From assembly GCA_944392315.1 (NCBI GenBank), contig CALXWH010000003.1, forward strand, positions 22,909-86,908: a DNA stretch of 64,000 nt, read 5' to 3'. The DNA comes from an uncultured Alphaproteobacteria bacterium. GTDB lineage: Bacteria; Pseudomonadota; Alphaproteobacteria; RF32; CAG-239. The notes beneath the pieces are model-generated. The model had not been told where the DNA came from and did no database searches. It saw nothing but the letters and a program-made list of their open reading frames with translations. Numbering within the stretch: position 1 is the stretch's first letter; the number at the start of each line of letters is the position of its first letter. The position numbers were made by a program, and so were the translations under genes. Below are positions 62,219 to 64,000 of the stretch, piece after piece.

Positions 62219-62677
62219 CTATTTATCCGCACAAGTAAATGGTCTGCATTTGCTATTTTTTAGCATATAATCATTTACATTTGTTTCACCTGCGTACAAA
62301 TTTCCAACCAGACGCTTCTCTCCTTTGCATACGTTTTCCGGTGTTTCTTCAAAGTAAATTTTACCTTCGTTGAAATCTAATAATTTTTTCAATGTCTTTT
62401 GAGCCTCTTTACCTAATATTTTTACTTCTTCCGGTTCAATCTTCATTTCACGAGCTTGTTTTAAAGATTTATCACTTGTTCTAATCTCCGGACAATCCAC
62501 ATTAGCTAACCTTATGGTAACTTTTTCTTGTCCCTTTACGGCCTTTATTGTATCTCCATCACTCACTTTAGTCACAACAATTGGTTCCTTTACTTTTTTA
62601 TCAGTTTCGGCAAAACTATTGGTAAACGCTGCACTTGCCAGTAAAATAGTCATTAGCGGTAATATGATTTTTTTCAT
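62219..62677 (-). CDS. Thermonuclease (SNase-like), secreted
   Basis: Signal peptide, VSDGDTI, IRLANVDCPE, KRLVG; SD GGGGAG. Confidence 0.85.
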   Translation of the reverse strand: MKKIILPLMTILLASAAFTNSFAETDKKVKEPIVVTKVSDGDTIKAVKGQEKVTIRLANVDCPEIRTSDKSLKQAREMKIEPEEVKILGKEAQKTLKKLLDFNEGKIYFEETPENVCKGEKRLVGNLYAGETNVNDYMLKNSKCRPFTCADK

Positions 62678-62701
62678 AACAAATCTCCCCATTATTGCAT
62701 T

Positions 62702-62945
62702 AAAAAGAAAACCACCTTCAAAAAGGCGGTCGGAGAGTTCGTAAATCATATATGGTTAGATGACTCTTTTAGCCTTTCAGACTATTTTTTTCAAGGATCA
62801 AGATAGTCTTTGGACATACGCTAAAAGCCCCCCGACCTTCATCGGGGATATACGTCATTGTCTTATTACAATAACTAACGATGTTATCCAACACCGAACC
62901 ATATTAAAGAGCTTACGACAGCTCCGCACCTTTCTCAAGGTACCG
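62702..62945 (-). ncRNA. C4/CI-like antisense RNA module with a1/b1 targets and terminator
   Basis: Target loops TCGTAA and ATATGGTT upstream; complementary TTACGA and AACCATAT in a downstream cloverleaf closed by 62837-62828/62737-62728; terminator 62730-62702. Confidence 0.6.
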
Positions 62946-62949
62946 TTTT

Positions 62950-62982
62950 ATGCTATAGAATTATGAGTTAATTTATAGTTAA
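62950..62982 (-). promoter_or_regulatory. CtrA-box-like site (TTAA-N7-TTAAC) with TAGCAT -10
   Basis: Minus strand TTAActataaaTTAAC-11 nt-TAGCAT immediately 5' of the RNA module. Confidence 0.4.
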
Positions 62983-63081
62983 GACGGCTTTTTCGTTTAT
63001 AACATTTGTTTTTTGTTGAAATCGCAATTTTTTTATCTACACTTTGTTTTAGACTTATACCTATTCATTGGAGAGCGTACT

Positions 63082-63420
63082 ATGCAGCGTTGTATTGAAC
63101 CTAATATTAAAATTGAAGATACCGGCTTTGGATATACCATGTCTATTATCGGCGGTAAATATAAAATGATTATCTTATATTGGTTAGGCGAATTTAATGT
63201 GTTGCGTTATAACGCTTTGCAACGTCTTATCGGTAAAATATCCTTTAAAATGCTTAGCTCTACCTTAAAAGAATTAGAGGCAGACGGTTTGGTTATTCGT
63301 ACCGTCTACCCCCAGATGCCTCCTAAGGTGGAATATAGCCTTTCACCTAAAGGAAAATCGCTTATTCCAATATTATTTTCTTTGTGTGATTGGGGAGATA
63401 AAAACCGTCCGCACTTATAA
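63082..63420 (+). CDS. HxlR family winged-helix regulator
   Basis: IGGKYKMIIL, ISFKMLSSTLKELEADGLV, PPKVEYSLS. Confidence 0.9.
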   Translation: MQRCIEPNIKIEDTGFGYTMSIIGGKYKMIILYWLGEFNVLRYNALQRLIGKISFKMLSSTLKELEADGLVIRTVYPQMPPKVEYSLSPKGKSLIPILFSLCDWGDKNRPHL

Positions 63421-63969
63421 TGATGCGCCCAAGGATTTGGCTTCTTCCAGGGCTTTGTGTCCCTCTATATCTCCAATGTGCAGCACACCTCCGGCAACCA
63501 CAATTCCGAGATTATGCCATTCCAGATTTTTTAGTAACGACATATAGTATTTCTCTACAGGTTCAAAATTGCTTTTACTGTCGCCCTCGGAGGCCATTAG
63601 TAAAATACAGTCCTTCTTTGGGTTTTCATAAGATGGATTACATTCTGCTACGGCAAATAATCTGTCAAAAGCACATTTTAATTGGCCGGAAAATCCCCAA
63701 TAATACATCGGGGACGCTAATACGACTATTTCTGCGGCCATGTATTCCGGATAAATTTTTAACATATCGTCCTTTTGCACGCATGGACTTAATTTATCTT
63801 TGCCACCACCAAAACATCCGCGGCATCCATGGATGTTCATGGTTTGTAAATCAAAACATTTTACTGTGTGGCCTTTACTTTCTGCGCCTTCCGTAAATTT
63901 TTGTATTAATGCTTTGGTGTTCCCGTTGGGACGAGGACTGCCGTTTAAGATTATAATTCTTTTACTCAT
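63415..63969 (-). CDS. Flavodoxin family / iron-sulfur flavoprotein (NADPH-dependent FMN reductase fold)
   Basis: NGSPRPNGNT, CRGCFG...CVQKDDM, ASPMYY, LKCAFDR. Confidence 0.88.
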   Translation of the reverse strand: MSKRIIILNGSPRPNGNTKALIQKFTEGAESKGHTVKCFDLQTMNIHGCRGCFGGGKDKLSPCVQKDDMLKIYPEYMAAEIVVLASPMYYWGFSGQLKCAFDRLFAVAECNPSYENPKKDCILLMASEGDSKSNFEPVEKYYMSLLKNLEWHNLGIVVAGGVLHIGDIEGHKALEEAKSLGASL

Positions 63970-64000
63970 AATTGCTCCTTTCGCAAAGCTACTTCATCAT

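Larger units (their letters stand above)
60778..62993. mobile_element. Putative tRNA-linked accessory islet or decayed element (no integrase)
   Basis: AGACGGCTTTTT direct repeat at 60778-60789 and 62982-62993; visibly AT-richer; phage-type RNA module. Confidence 0.45.

Noticed and set aside
62678-62749. Longer N-terminus of the thermonuclease ORF given in the track
   Set aside because: Overlaps the terminator and RNA module; ATG 62677 has a strong SD and begins a signal peptide
62702-62955. tracrRNA, retron msr-msd, 6S RNA or tmRNA interpretation of the structured region
   Set aside because: No cas genes, repeats or RT; no tmRNA tRNA-like ends; a multibranch fold with loop-target complementarity fits the C4/CI architecture better
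60680-64000. Intact prophage or ICE integrated in tRNA-Lys
   Set aside because: No integrase and no duplicated tRNA 3' end seen within the window

Overview
AT-rich chromosomal segment of an anaerobic, probably gut-associated Alphaproteobacterium; an RF32/Rhodospirillales-like lineage is inferred from chpT, priA-atpHAGDC, trmFO-hpnCD-like, the alpha-type LexA box, and hydG, reverse rubrerythrin and Fe-ADH. Most of the window is housekeeping and envelope genes. No integrase, transposase, CRISPR array, rRNA or reverse transcriptase was seen. Three things stand out. (1) A ~2.2 kb AT-richer islet behind tRNA-Lys(CTT), bounded by a 12-bp direct repeat. It carries a C4/CI-like antisense-RNA attenuator with a CtrA-box-like promoter, two exported thermonucleases, an acidic protein ending in an SSB-type DDDVPF tail, and an orphan three-way-junction sRNA. 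(2) A dispersed class of about nine solo genes, each with its own sigma70 promoter and terminator but an SD-less, Bacteroidota-like start region; two pairs share promoter sequence. (3) Several enzymes with altered or lost catalytic motifs (Ack pocket variant, PfkB D->N, eroded HpnC/HpnD, atypical epsilon subunit), plus a candidate pseudoknotted rpsD leader. All calls come from motif reading by eye; no searches or folding programs were run.
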